Positions 31,470 through 40,475 are shown, counted from the first letter of the stretch. The stretch: 40,507 bases of DNA from an uncultured Chlorobiaceae bacterium (GCA_964476855.1 CAYZCF010000004.1:1-40507); one strand, 5' to 3'. Translations and numbers: made by a program. The notes: generated by a model from the sequence alone, not told the origin.

Positions 31470-32594
31470 ATGAAGCAGATTGCCGATAATCATGTCTATG
31501 CCGTGGTCATGGCGGGAGGCAGCGGAAGCAAGCTCTGGCCACTTTCGAGAAAAAAATCCCCAAAGCAGTTCCTCCATTTCTTCGATGGCGGCACGATGAT
31601 CCGCAAAACGGTCGAGCGAATCGCCGGGGCCGTCCGGATGGAGAACATCTTCATCATCACCGGCAAGCAACACTGGCTTCTGGTCAACGACTCGCTTCCC
31701 GATTTTGATCCCGGCAATATCATCATCGAGCCGACTATCCGGGATACGGCCACCTGCATCGCGCTGGCGACCACCTTCATCCGCAAGCGCGATCCCGACG
31801 CCGTGACCATCGTGCTCCCTGCCGACCATCTCGTGCTCGACGAGGAGCAGTTCCTCAAGACCATCACCAAGGGCGTTGGACTCGCGCGGGATCAGCGGGG
31901 GCTGATCACCGTCGGCATCCATCCCGACCGCCCCGAGACGCGATATGGCTATATCCAGGTTGAGCCGTCGGTGATGATCGGCGAAGAGAACGACAATCCT
32001 GAGGACGACCACATTTCCTTGTTCCGCGTGAAAACCTTCGCCGAGAAGCCCGATCTCGCCACTGCCGAGCATTTTCTCGAAAGCCAGGACTTCTGGTGGA
32101 ACAGCGGCGTGTTCATCTGGCACGTCGATGACATCAACCGCGAGTACCGCCGCTCGCTGCCCGACCTTTACGAGGACATGCAGAACGTTCACGCCTTCAT
32201 CGGCACCGAGCGGCAGGATTCGGTCATCGAGGATGTATACAGCTGGGTTCACCCGGTTTCGATTGCCTACGGCATCATGGAGAAGGCCGAGAAGGTTTAC
32301 ATGCTTGCAGGGAACTTCGGCTGGACCGACCTCGGCTGCTGGGACGAGGTGATCAAGATCGGCCTCGGCCTCGAAGGGCGCGACACGGATGGCCAGGAGG
32401 TGATCATGATCGATTCGAAAGAGGTCTTTGTCCGCAAACCCCACGGCAAGGCGGTGGTGACGGTCGGTGTTGAGGACATCATCGTGGTCGATACGCCCGA
32501 CGCGTTGCTCATCTGCAAGGCGGGCGAGTCGCAGAAGGTGGTCAAGGCGGTGGAGATGATGAAGCGCGAGCCAGGGCTGGAGGGGTTTTTATAG
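31470..32594 (+). CDS. manC: Mannose-1-phosphate guanylyltransferase (no cupin isomerase domain)
   Basis: VMAGGSGSKLWPLSR…PKQFL, LPADH, PETRYGYI, FAEKP, WNSGVF, GWTDLGCW, VDTPDALL. Confidence 0.88.
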   Translation: MKQIADNHVYAVVMAGGSGSKLWPLSRKKSPKQFLHFFDGGTMIRKTVERIAGAVRMENIFIITGKQHWLLVNDSLPDFDPGNIIIEPTIRDTATCIALATTFIRKRDPDAVTIVLPADHLVLDEEQFLKTITKGVGLARDQRGLITVGIHPDRPETRYGYIQVEPSVMIGEENDNPEDDHISLFRVKTFAEKPDLATAEHFLESQDFWWNSGVFIWHVDDINREYRRSLPDLYEDMQNVHAFIGTERQDSVIEDVYSWVHPVSIAYGIMEKAEKVYMLAGNFGWTDLGCWDEVIKIGLGLEGRDTDGQEVIMIDSKEVFVRKPHGKAVVTVGVEDIIVVDTPDALLICKAGESQKVVKAVEMMKREPGLEGFL

Positions 32595-32602
32595 GAGAGC
32601 AT

Positions 32603-32638
32603 TGGACGAAGTGGACTTTGTGGACGTCATGGACAGGA
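32603..32638 (+). repeat. 9-mer tandem repeat TGGACnnnn x4
   Basis: TGGACGAAG TGGACTTTG TGGACGTCA TGGACAGGA. Confidence 0.8.
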
Positions 32639-32650
32639 AAGAAAAGAGAT

Positions 32651-32685
32651 GAAAAGGCCGGAGCATCACACTCCGGCTTTTTTCC
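32651..32685. terminator. Probable bidirectional intrinsic terminator between convergent manC and cysS
   Basis: GAAAAG-GCCGGAG-catcaca-CTCCGGC-TTTTTT. A second perfect inverted repeat, GCCGAGCT-cc-AGCTCGGC, lies at 32693-32710. Confidence 0.7.
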
Positions 32686-32721
32686 TGGGAGCGCCGAGCT
32701 CCAGCTCGGCATCTTATGAGT

Positions 32722-34176
32722 TCAACCTTTTTTCTTTGACCAGGTTGCGCCCTCTTTGGTGTCCTTGACCTCAATACCGCGCTGGAGGAGCAGGTCGCGG
32801 ATTTTGTCGCTGGTGGCGAAATCCTTGCTGGCTCGCGCCTCCCTGCGGAGTTCGAGCAGCACCTGCATCACCTCGTCGAGCGTCCGAGCGCTCTCACCGC
32901 TCTCGCCCGAAAGCAGCTCGTCGCGGCTTTTCAGGATGCCGAGCACCTCTCCGGCGCAGGCGTCGAGGAGCGCAAGCGCGTTCGTTTTCGAGTCGGCGTC
33001 GAGCGCCTCCTTGTCGAGCGCTCCGTTCAGCGCCTTGACGAACTCGAAGATCACCGAGATCGCCACCGGCGTGTTGAAATCGTCGTTCAGTGCGTCGGTG
33101 ATTCTGGCGTCAAACGCCGACACATCGAGCTGCCCCTTGCCCTCCGAGGATTCCAGCAATCGCTTGTACGCCTCCTGCAACTTCTCGAATCCCGACTGCG
33201 AAGCCTTTATCGCCGCTTCGGAGAAGTCGAGCGGGGAGCGGTAGTGCGATTGCAGAATGAAGAAGCGGATCACCAGCGGGTCGAACGCGCCGAACAACTC
33301 CTTGAGGTTCACGAAGTTCTTGAGCGACTTGCCCATCTTGACGCCATCGACCGTCACCATGTTGTTGTGCATCCAGAAGCGCACGTACGGCATGCCGGTG
33401 GCTGCTTCTGACTGGGCGATCTCGCACTCGTGGTGCGGGAACTGGTTCTCCATGCCGCCGCCGTGGATGTCGATCGTGTCGCCGAGATACTTCATCGCCA
33501 TCGCGGAGCATTCGAGATGCCAGCCCGGATAGCCCTCGCCCCACGGCGATTGCCACTTCATGATGTGGCTTGGCTCGGCCTTTTTCCAGAGTGCGAAGTC
33601 CGAAGGGTTGCGCTTGTCGGAGCGCTCCGCGACGCGCCCGCCCGACTGCAACGCCGCCTGGTCGGTGCGTCCCGAAAGCTTTCCGTAACCCGCGAACGAA
33701 TTGACATCGAAATAAACGTTGCCGCCGGACTCGTAGGCGTGGCCGGTTTCGACGAGCCGCTCGACCAGCGCGATCTGCTCCGGAATGTGGCCGGTGGCCG
33801 TCGGCGCGATGTTCGGGCGCTCGACGCCGAGCTTGTCCATGTCCTCGTAGAAGCTCCGCGTGTAGTACTGCGCGATCTCCATAGGCTCAGTCTTCTCCAG
33901 CCGCGCCTGCTTCTGGATCTTGTCTTCACCCTCGTCGGCGTCGTCGGTCAGGTGGCCAACGTCCGTAATATTTTGCACATACTTGACCTTCAGCCCCAGG
34001 TGGCGCATCCAGCGCACCACCACGTCGAACGACACGTAGCTCTTGGCGTGACCGAGGTGCGCGTGCCCATAGACGGTCGGCCCGCAGACGTAGATGGTGG
34101 CAATGCCGGGATGAAGCGGTTCGAACGGTTCTTTCGTGCGGCTCAGGGAGTTGTAGATAGCGAGAGAAGAGGACAT
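32722..34176 (-). CDS. cysS: Cysteine--tRNA ligase
   Basis: YVCGPTVY, HLGH (HIGH motif), DFALWK, PGWHLECSAM, HHECEIAQS, KMGKS (KMSKS motif). Start MSSSLAIYNSL at 34176. Confidence 0.98.
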   Translation of the reverse strand: MSSSLAIYNSLSRTKEPFEPLHPGIATIYVCGPTVYGHAHLGHAKSYVSFDVVVRWMRHLGLKVKYVQNITDVGHLTDDADEGEDKIQKQARLEKTEPMEIAQYYTRSFYEDMDKLGVERPNIAPTATGHIPEQIALVERLVETGHAYESGGNVYFDVNSFAGYGKLSGRTDQAALQSGGRVAERSDKRNPSDFALWKKAEPSHIMKWQSPWGEGYPGWHLECSAMAMKYLGDTIDIHGGGMENQFPHHECEIAQSEAATGMPYVRFWMHNNMVTVDGVKMGKSLKNFVNLKELFGAFDPLVIRFFILQSHYRSPLDFSEAAIKASQSGFEKLQEAYKRLLESSEGKGQLDVSAFDARITDALNDDFNTPVAISVIFEFVKALNGALDKEALDADSKTNALALLDACAGEVLGILKSRDELLSGESGESARTLDEVMQVLLELRREARASKDFATSDKIRDLLLQRGIEVKDTKEGATWSKKKG

Positions 34177-34401
34177 CCGGATAGCGAAATAGGTTGGCGA
34201 ATCCCGGCCCGATGACCGGGAAATGTCGTAAAAGTTAAACATTTGGCATGTTATGACAAGGCTTTTCAGCGGCTGCCCGTTCCTGATTTTTCAGGGCGGA
34301 GTCGATGGCCGGATGTTGTCAGGAAAAGCGCCTGCCCTGGCAATGAGTCGGGCGGTTTGTTCCGTGAGAATTTCGGGAGCACAGGAACGGCGCATCATCG
34401 T

Positions 34402-34585
34402 TCATTGCGCCCTGAACTTGCCGTTTATTTTCACGATCACCGGATAGCCCTTGATCTGCTCCGGCACGAGCGCCAGACCGCCGAAAAGCTGCTTCCAGCG
34501 CTCGAGTATTGGCTGTCGATACCGGAATTTTTGACCAGAATCAGCACCGGCAGGTACGTAGCATAACGCCAGGGATCTTCCACAT
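34402..34585 (-). pseudogene. Possible frameshifted remnant of a small conserved hypothetical protein
   Basis: Different minus-strand frames give MWKIPGV, PVLILVK and LVPEQIKGYPVIVKINGKFRAQ*. These resemble small '…IPGV…IP..L.GYPV….G.FRA' proteins by recollection. No intact start-to-stop frame. Confidence 0.3.
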
Positions 34586-34632
34586 TATTCCCGAAGATCA
34601 CCTGGCTCCGTTCAGGATTCTCGCCTCATGGT

Positions 34633-34860
34633 TTATTCCCCTTCGCCGACCGGTTCCGGAGTATAGGTGGAAAGCCGTTTCTGGCTGTGGTCATACGACA
34701 TCGGCTTTTCATTACGCAGCAGGTCGATGATATGTTGCGCCTCGCCATAGGGAATATCCGAAACCGAATCAGCTCCCCCGCCCTCGTAATAAAAAATAAT
34801 GCTGGATGTGCCTCCGATGTTATGAAACACCGCATACTGTGCGACAACTTTTCGTGCCAT
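34633..34860 (-). CDS. Small conserved hypothetical protein (75 aa) ending IDLLRNEKP…EPVGEGE
   Basis: Strong RBS GGAGG before ATG 34860 (MARKVVAQYAV…) and protein-like composition. The C-terminal LRNEKP/EPVGEGE motif is recognisable from uncharacterised bacterial proteins. Confidence 0.75.
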   Translation of the reverse strand: MARKVVAQYAVFHNIGGTSSIIFYYEGGGADSVSDIPYGEAQHIIDLLRNEKPMSYDHSQKRLSTYTPEPVGEGE

Positions 34861-35288
34861 GAGTAACCTCCCAAGTGTTGGTTTGAAAAGAAAAAAACAG
34901 GGTAACCCTCTCATTAAATTAAAGGTAGAGGTTCATTGAGACAAAACCATAGCAAACAGGTCACTAATGGCCGGGGAAAGAAAAACCGGCAATACGCGGT
35001 CAAGCCGGCTTTTCCTGGTAATGAAAAGCGTGGGGCTCACTCGTTTTTCAGGAGAGCACTCCGGTGCCGGTAAAAGAAGCTGTGATAACGGTGGCAGCTC
35101 GTTGGCCGGGACTGCTCGATAACCGGGGATGACGAGGAGTGAATGTGGATTTTGGTGAATGAATTGTGATACGGCCTTACGGAGGTCCGCTAAACACGGA
35201 GATCATTTTTCAAATGGGTGCACAAGAGGGTATCCAGAGCAGCGTCAAAAGGATACAGGCTTTTTCCAACCCATACACAGACCCTCCG

Positions 35289-36524
35289 ATGAAAAAACAA
35301 CTGATCTCATTGCTGCTGGCGACCACCGTTCTTCCCGGTAAAGCAATCCTCGAAGCCAAGCCCGTAACCGAAGCTGGATGTTCCGAAGCGCGGCAAATTC
35401 GCGACCAGTCTCTGAGAAAGGCATTCGCGAAGTATGCGCAGGAGTATGACAACCTGAAGCCAGTCAAAGGGCAGTGCCCGTCGGACTACAAGCTGGTGCA
35501 GCTCGCACTGTTGCTCGATACCAGCAACAGCATGGATGGCCTGATCAGTCAGGCAAAGAGCCAGCTCTGGCGCATTGTCAACGAGGTGTCGAGAATGCGT
35601 AAAAGGGGTGAGCCGATCCGGTTGCAGGTTGCGTTGTACGAGTATGGCAACAACGGCCTCTCTGCCAGATCTGGATATATTCGTCAGGTTGTCCCGTTCA
35701 CCGAGGATCTCGATCTGCTCTCCGAAGCGCTCTTTTCGCTGACAACCAACGGTGGCTCGGAGTATTGCGGCCACGTGATCGGCAGCAGTCTGAACCAGTT
35801 GAAATGGAATAGCTCCCGTAATGGGCTGAAGCTGATTTACATTGCCGGCAATGAGCCTTTCGACCAGGGTGAAGTAAGCTATCAGGCGGCATGCCGCTGG
35901 GCTGCCGAGCGTGATGTCGCGGTCAATACCATCTATTGCGGCGACTATTATGCCGGTGTCCAGGGGCTCTGGAAAAGAGGCGCTACAATCGGCGGGGGCA
36001 GTTATTTTGCCATCGACAGCGACGAGCGCACGCCAGGCATTGTGACGCCCTATGATGATGACCTCATGAGGCTCAATGGCAGGCTCAACGACACCTATGT
36101 GCCCTATGGCGAAAAGGGTAAAGAGCGACTGGCCAGACAGTCAATGCAGGATCGGAACGCCGAAGCAATGTCGGCACCGGTTGCGGCTGAACGGGCTGCC
36201 ACGAAAGGTTCGTCCTTGTACAAGGCTTCCGGCTGGGATCTTGTCGATGCCATCGACAACAAGAGCGTCACGGTCGAGGGGATCAAAAAGGACGGCCTTC
36301 CCGATGAGCTGAAAGGCAAATCCGATAAAGAGATCGGCAGCTATGTGCAGCAGAAAAAAGAGGAGCGCGAAAACCTGAAAGCGCAGATCTCGGCTCTCAG
36401 CAAAAAGCGGGATGCCTATGTGCAGGCGAAAGAGCGGGAAACCACCGATTCAAAGAGCCTCGGAACGGTGATTCTCGAAAACCTGCGCACGCAGGCGGCG
36501 AAGAAGAATTTCAGCTACAAATAA
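35289..36524 (+). CDS. Secreted VWA (von Willebrand factor A) domain protein
   Basis: Signal-peptide-like MKKQLISLLLATTVL at 35289; MIDAS motif LLLDTSNSMDG; GGSEYCG, IAGNEPF, VNTIYCG; coiled-coil-like C-terminus. Confidence 0.88.
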   Translation: MKKQLISLLLATTVLPGKAILEAKPVTEAGCSEARQIRDQSLRKAFAKYAQEYDNLKPVKGQCPSDYKLVQLALLLDTSNSMDGLISQAKSQLWRIVNEVSRMRKRGEPIRLQVALYEYGNNGLSARSGYIRQVVPFTEDLDLLSEALFSLTTNGGSEYCGHVIGSSLNQLKWNSSRNGLKLIYIAGNEPFDQGEVSYQAACRWAAERDVAVNTIYCGDYYAGVQGLWKRGATIGGGSYFAIDSDERTPGIVTPYDDDLMRLNGRLNDTYVPYGEKGKERLARQSMQDRNAEAMSAPVAAERAATKGSSLYKASGWDLVDAIDNKSVTVEGIKKDGLPDELKGKSDKEIGSYVQQKKEERENLKAQISALSKKRDAYVQAKERETTDSKSLGTVILENLRTQAAKKNFSYK

Positions 36525-36772
36525 CGTTTTTCGGGCACCGCTGCGCTGGCTTTGACGAAGGGCTGAATGCCTTTCGCGCCGGGCAGTGGTGGTCATGTTA
36601 AGTCCTTCATTGCCTTTTCTTTATCCCTTATCCATTGATCGGTTCTCGAAAAGTGAAACCCGGAATGCGACGCTCTTCATCATAGCCTTGTTCCAGTGGC
36701 GCGAGGTTACGTTCAACTCTTTGCATGCAGGTCAGTACGGCGGGTTTATTTGCCATAGGCGTATTTTTTGCT

Positions 36773-36799
36773 TAACATGTTCTGCATTGACTAACATGT
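36773..36799 (+). promoter_or_regulatory. Candidate toxin-antitoxin autoregulation operator
   Basis: TAACATGT occurs twice (36773 and 36792; palindromic ACATGT core) immediately upstream of the RHH antitoxin RBS. Confidence 0.4.
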
Positions 36800-36813
36800 A
36801 ATACGAGAGGGCT

Positions 36814-37062
36814 ATGGAAAAGGAAAAAGCGGATCAGATGATTGGCATTCGTATTCCGAAAAGCGTTGCTCAACGGCTTGATACGCTTGCCAAAAGAACC
36901 GGTCGAACGAAAACCTGGTATGTTCGCGAAGCCATCATGGAGCACCTCGACGATCTTGAAGATATTTATCTGGCAGAAGAGGTTCTCGAACGCGTAAGGC
37001 GGGGTGACGAGGCTGTGTCCGGCATCGATGAAGTGGAGCGTCGTCTTGGTCTGGAAGATTGA
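36814..37062 (+). CDS. Ribbon-helix-helix antitoxin (RelB/CopG-like) of a type II TA system
   Basis: IGIRIP…[21 protein letters not shown]…LEDIYLAE, acidic C-terminus; overlaps the toxin start. Confidence 0.9.
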   Translation: MEKEKADQMIGIRIPKSVAQRLDTLAKRTGRTKTWYVREAIMEHLDDLEDIYLAEEVLERVRRGDEAVSGIDEVERRLGLED

Positions 37063-37306
37063 GTTTGCCGCGTCAGCGGAAAAAGAGCTGTCCAAGCTGG
37101 ATAAATCTGCGGCAAAACGGATTCTCAAATTTCTGAGAGAGAGCGTTGCCACTGATCCCCGCTCATCGGGCAAGGCGTTACGTGGCGATCATGCCGGACT
37201 CTGGCGCTACCGGGTAGGTGACTATCGGGTGATTTGCGAAATCCGGGATGAGACCGTTTCAGTTCTTGTCGTTCGGATTGGTCACCGGAGAGAGGTTTAC
37301 CGGTGA
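37046..37306 (+). CDS. relE: RelE/StbE family type II toxin (mRNA interferase), TTG start
   Basis: [18 protein letters not shown]…[11 protein letters not shown]…[13 protein letters not shown]…[12 protein letters not shown]. Confidence 0.92.
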   Translation: MVWKIEFAASAEKELSKLDKSAAKRILKFLRESVATDPRSSGKALRGDHAGLWRYRVGDYRVICEIRDETVSVLVVRIGHRREVYR

Positions 37307-37476
37307 GGGTTGATTCAACCGGTGACGGATATTTAGTCGAATAAATTTATTTTTTTTTGCCCCAGAATGTGGGATTTCTCCATTAACCCTGTCGAAGCTT
37401 GTGTCTAAGTACTCGAACCTCATGGTTTGACTGTTAATGATTAAAAAATTCTTGTATTTGGTTTATCCTGTACAGG

Positions 37477-39249
37477 ATGTCCCAAGAAATTCAGGTTGAG
37501 GAACTTGATATGATTCAACGAGATGAATTGCTTCTAAGTTACAAGAATGGTGATTTTCTGGAAACGGTATATGCCTGTTCATCGAATGAACATTCTGATC
37601 GTAGCGAAGTTTTTGCTGATTTGGTAGTTTTGCACAATGAAGGGCTTATTGATGTTGTTGGTGCTTTTCATTTTTTGAAAAACGACTCCTCAAATGGGCC
37701 TGATTTTTTTCTGACTCGACATATCTTTGAAAAGGCTTTGCCAGACCTTGAAGCTCCTGTTTCAGCTGTCATGCAATGCGTGCTTCACCTTTATCTAGAT
37801 GCTGGTCAGGACTTGGCTGCGGGTACAATTATTAACCGCTTTATCGATTTTTGCACCAGAAAAGCCTCTCGTCCGCATGACGCGCTTGAGGATATTAAAG
37901 CAAGCCCCGGTAATTTAGCTCATCTTCTTCCCGCCACGCTTATTGCAGGCTCTCAAATAGATGCTTCGTTTTATCTGGGCGAAACGATTCGTCTCTGCAA
38001 TGACGAGAATATTGAGTTGAAAAGAGGAGGCCTGTTTTCGATCGGTAAAATAAATTTACCTGAAGATAGTAAGGACTTGGGTATAGCTCTTTCTGCATTG
38101 GAATATGCTGCGGTACAGGAAACGGACGATCAAATTCTCTCAAGCGTCATCAAATCGGCATTTCCGCTTTTGCAAAGGGATAAGTCTCAGGAGCCACGTG
38201 CCATCATGATCATCATTTCTGCATTGGCAAAAGGAGACGACTATGCGCTCCATGCTGCATCAGAAATATTTGGTTTTCATACGGGCGAGCTTCCAACTGA
38301 ACTTCTGGACGCGCTCTTTGTTGATTTGCTTCGCGTTAAGCCAACGCATAAAGGCACTTTGGATAACGTTGATTACGGTATTTCCCATTTGCTCAAGAAC
38401 GGTAATTCCGAGAAGGCAATTCAGTTTCTGGAAGCCTTGCTGCTTAGGCATTCTGGTGAGCTAACGATGGAGGTCTTTGATAGTGCTGTCAGTGAAATTC
38501 TGAGTAACAAGGTGCTCAGCAGCAAAATTCTTACCCGGTGGTTTCTAAAGGGAGATCAGGTTTTATGTGAGGCTGTGCATGCGATAGTTGGTACTTATCA
38601 CGGCAATGGTCTTTTGCTGGAGATTGATGTTACAGAGCTAAATCCCTCAGATTCTGGGCATATCCTTTTTATTGCTCGAAAAGTCATTGGGTACCTTTTC
38701 ATACAGCCAATTAGTGTTGCTTCTGTGCTTATTTCACTTCTTCGTAATGCCACAGATGATAAGGTTTTGCAAGAGCTTGGCGCTTTGCTCTTTGACCCTT
38801 TGCTTCTCAATTATACTGGCAAAGTAAGAGACTATATTATAAAGCAATCTGAAAGCGAATCAGGTAAAGTCAAAGAAATAATTGACAGTGCACTCAAGAA
38901 AATTGATGCGTATCTGGAAGAATTACGTTCAGTTGGATCACTTCCAGCACTGCATCCCAGCGAAGCACAACGAGAGGCGTATAATCGACATTTTTCGCAA
39001 CTTATAGCAGAATCATGGAAAGCAGCAGAAGCAAAGTCGGTTGTTCTGAATTTGTTTCCGAAAAGCGTGTTGCTCTATGGAAAAAAGTTGATCAGTTATG
39101 TGTACGGCTCTGATGGGCAGTCTCATCGGCAGGAAATACCTTTGCAGTGTCTTGATTCCGAAATGGAATATGCACGAATACAGATCTTCGATCCGGTTGG
39201 GATGGATTACATGTTGCGTGTTTTTAGAAATGAACAGCTCAAAACATGA
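37477..39249 (+). CDS. Hypothetical, predominantly alpha-helical (HEAT/ARM-like?) protein; first gene of a candidate defence pair (start may be ATG 37510)
   Basis: 590-aa ORF, clearly AT-richer than the core genes, with Leu/Ala-rich amphipathic repeats and no Walker A motif. Its stop overlaps the next start (ATGA). Confidence 0.8.
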   Translation: MSQEIQVEELDMIQRDELLLSYKNGDFLETVYACSSNEHSDRSEVFADLVVLHNEGLIDVVGAFHFLKNDSSNGPDFFLTRHIFEKALPDLEAPVSAVMQCVLHLYLDAGQDLAAGTIINRFIDFCTRKASRPHDALEDIKASPGNLAHLLPATLIAGSQIDASFYLGETIRLCNDENIELKRGGLFSIGKINLPEDSKDLGIALSALEYAAVQETDDQILSSVIKSAFPLLQRDKSQEPRAIMIIISALAKGDDYALHAASEIFGFHTGELPTELLDALFVDLLRVKPTHKGTLDNVDYGISHLLKNGNSEKAIQFLEALLLRHSGELTMEVFDSAVSEILSNKVLSSKILTRWFLKGDQVLCEAVHAIVGTYHGNGLLLEIDVTELNPSDSGHILFIARKVIGYLFIQPISVASVLISLLRNATDDKVLQELGALLFDPLLLNYTGKVRDYIIKQSESESGKVKEIIDSALKKIDAYLEELRSVGSLPALHPSEAQREAYNRHFSQLIAESWKAAEAKSVVLNLFPKSVLLYGKKLISYVYGSDGQSHRQEIPLQCLDSEMEYARIQIFDPVGMDYMLRVFRNEQLKT

Positions 39250-40475
39250 AACTCATTCTTAAAGAATATCTTTCGTCTCTACGCGAGCGGGGCGAGCTCG
39301 ATGCAATTTTCCCCGACCTTTTGAGCCAGCTTGGTTTGAGCGTTTATTCCCGTCCAGGTAGGGGGACACGCCAAGATGGCGTTGATGTTGGTGCAGTTGG
39401 TAGTATAGACGGCGGGCCAGAAAAAGTGTATCTTTTCTCTATCAAACCAGGTGATTTGACCAGAAAAGATTGGGACGGCGATTCAGTTCAGTCACTCCGT
39501 CCTTCTTTGAATGAGATTATTGATGCTTACATTCCCAATCGGCTTCCCGTTGAACATCGCGGGAAAGACGTAGTGATCTGTATCGGTATTGGTGGTGATG
39601 TTCAAGAACAAGTTCGCCCACAACTAACAGGTTTCATTACACAAAACACAACGACCAAGATCACGTTTGAAGAGTGGAATGGCGATAAACTTGCGTTTTT
39701 AATACAGAGGAGTTTTCTTCGTGAAGATTTGTTGCCAAAAAGAGCGCAATCTCGTCTCAGAAAATCACTAGCTCTTCTTGACAACCCGGAAACTTCATAT
39801 CGGCATTTTGCTGAACTTATCAGGTCTCTATCTGCTGGTGCTGAAGAAATTAAAGACTCGGAGCGGATTACGGCGATTCGCCAGATGAGTATTTGCTTGT
39901 GGATTTTGTTTTCATGGGCGCGTGAGGCTGAAAACATGGAGTCGGCTTACTTATCCAGCGAACTGACTTTACTTCATGGTTGGGATATTATTAAGCGCTA
40001 TGCAGGGAAGACGGGAAAGGCGGCTCAAGCGGTTGAAACTGCATTCCTCTCAATATTTTCTGCTTACCAACAGATTTCCAGTGAGTTTCTCGTGAAAAAC
40101 GTTTTTTCTCATGTCGGTAAGTTGCATGGTCTTTCGAGCGCCGTTCAATCTTCTTGTGAATTTGACGTCAATTTGAAGCTTTTCGATTTGCTTGGTCGAT
40201 TGGCCTCTGATGGAATTTGGACTCACTGGCTTGCTTGTCGTTGTTCTGATGAGGATGCAGAAGCGAAAAAACAATCGGTTGAGAATACGTTGAAATTGAT
40301 GGGATTAGTTAAGGATCTGATCAGGAATAACCCAGCGTTGTTGCTTCCAGCAAAAGACGATCAGGCAATTGATATCTTTATTGCAGTATCATTGCTTGCG
40401 TTCAATCATGAGAACTACGCAGATATCAGAGAGTGGCTTACAGAGGTCTTAGGCCGTGCGATCAGTCTTATCTGA
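39246..40475 (+). CDS. Protein with N-terminal restriction-endonuclease-like (PD-(D/E)xK / Mrr_cat-like) domain; probably C-terminally truncated
   Basis: ELDAIFPDLLSQLG…RQDGVDVGAVG…VYLFSIKPGD fits the nuclease helix/GVD/xxK pattern, followed by a helical region. AT-rich and coupled to the upstream gene. Confidence 0.72.
   Translation: MKLILKEYLSSLRERGELDAIFPDLLSQLGLSVYSRPGRGTRQDGVDVGAVGSIDGGPEKVYLFSIKPGDLTRKDWDGDSVQSLRPSLNEIIDAYIPNRLPVEHRGKDVVICIGIGGDVQEQVRPQLTGFITQNTTTKITFEEWNGDKLAFLIQRSFLREDLLPKRAQSRLRKSLALLDNPETSYRHFAELIRSLSAGAEEIKDSERITAIRQMSICLWILFSWAREAENMESAYLSSELTLLHGWDIIKRYAGKTGKAAQAVETAFLSIFSAYQQISSEFLVKNVFSHVGKLHGLSSAVQSSCEFDVNLKLFDLLGRLASDGIWTHWLACRCSDEDAEAKKQSVENTLKLMGLVKDLIRNNPALLLPAKDDQAIDIFIAVSLLAFNHENYADIREWLTEVLGRAISLI

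Noticed and set aside
34243-34566. 107-aa plus-strand ORF upstream of cysS
   Set aside because: TTG start with no evident RBS and no motif. The protein-like signal in this interval is on the minus strand.
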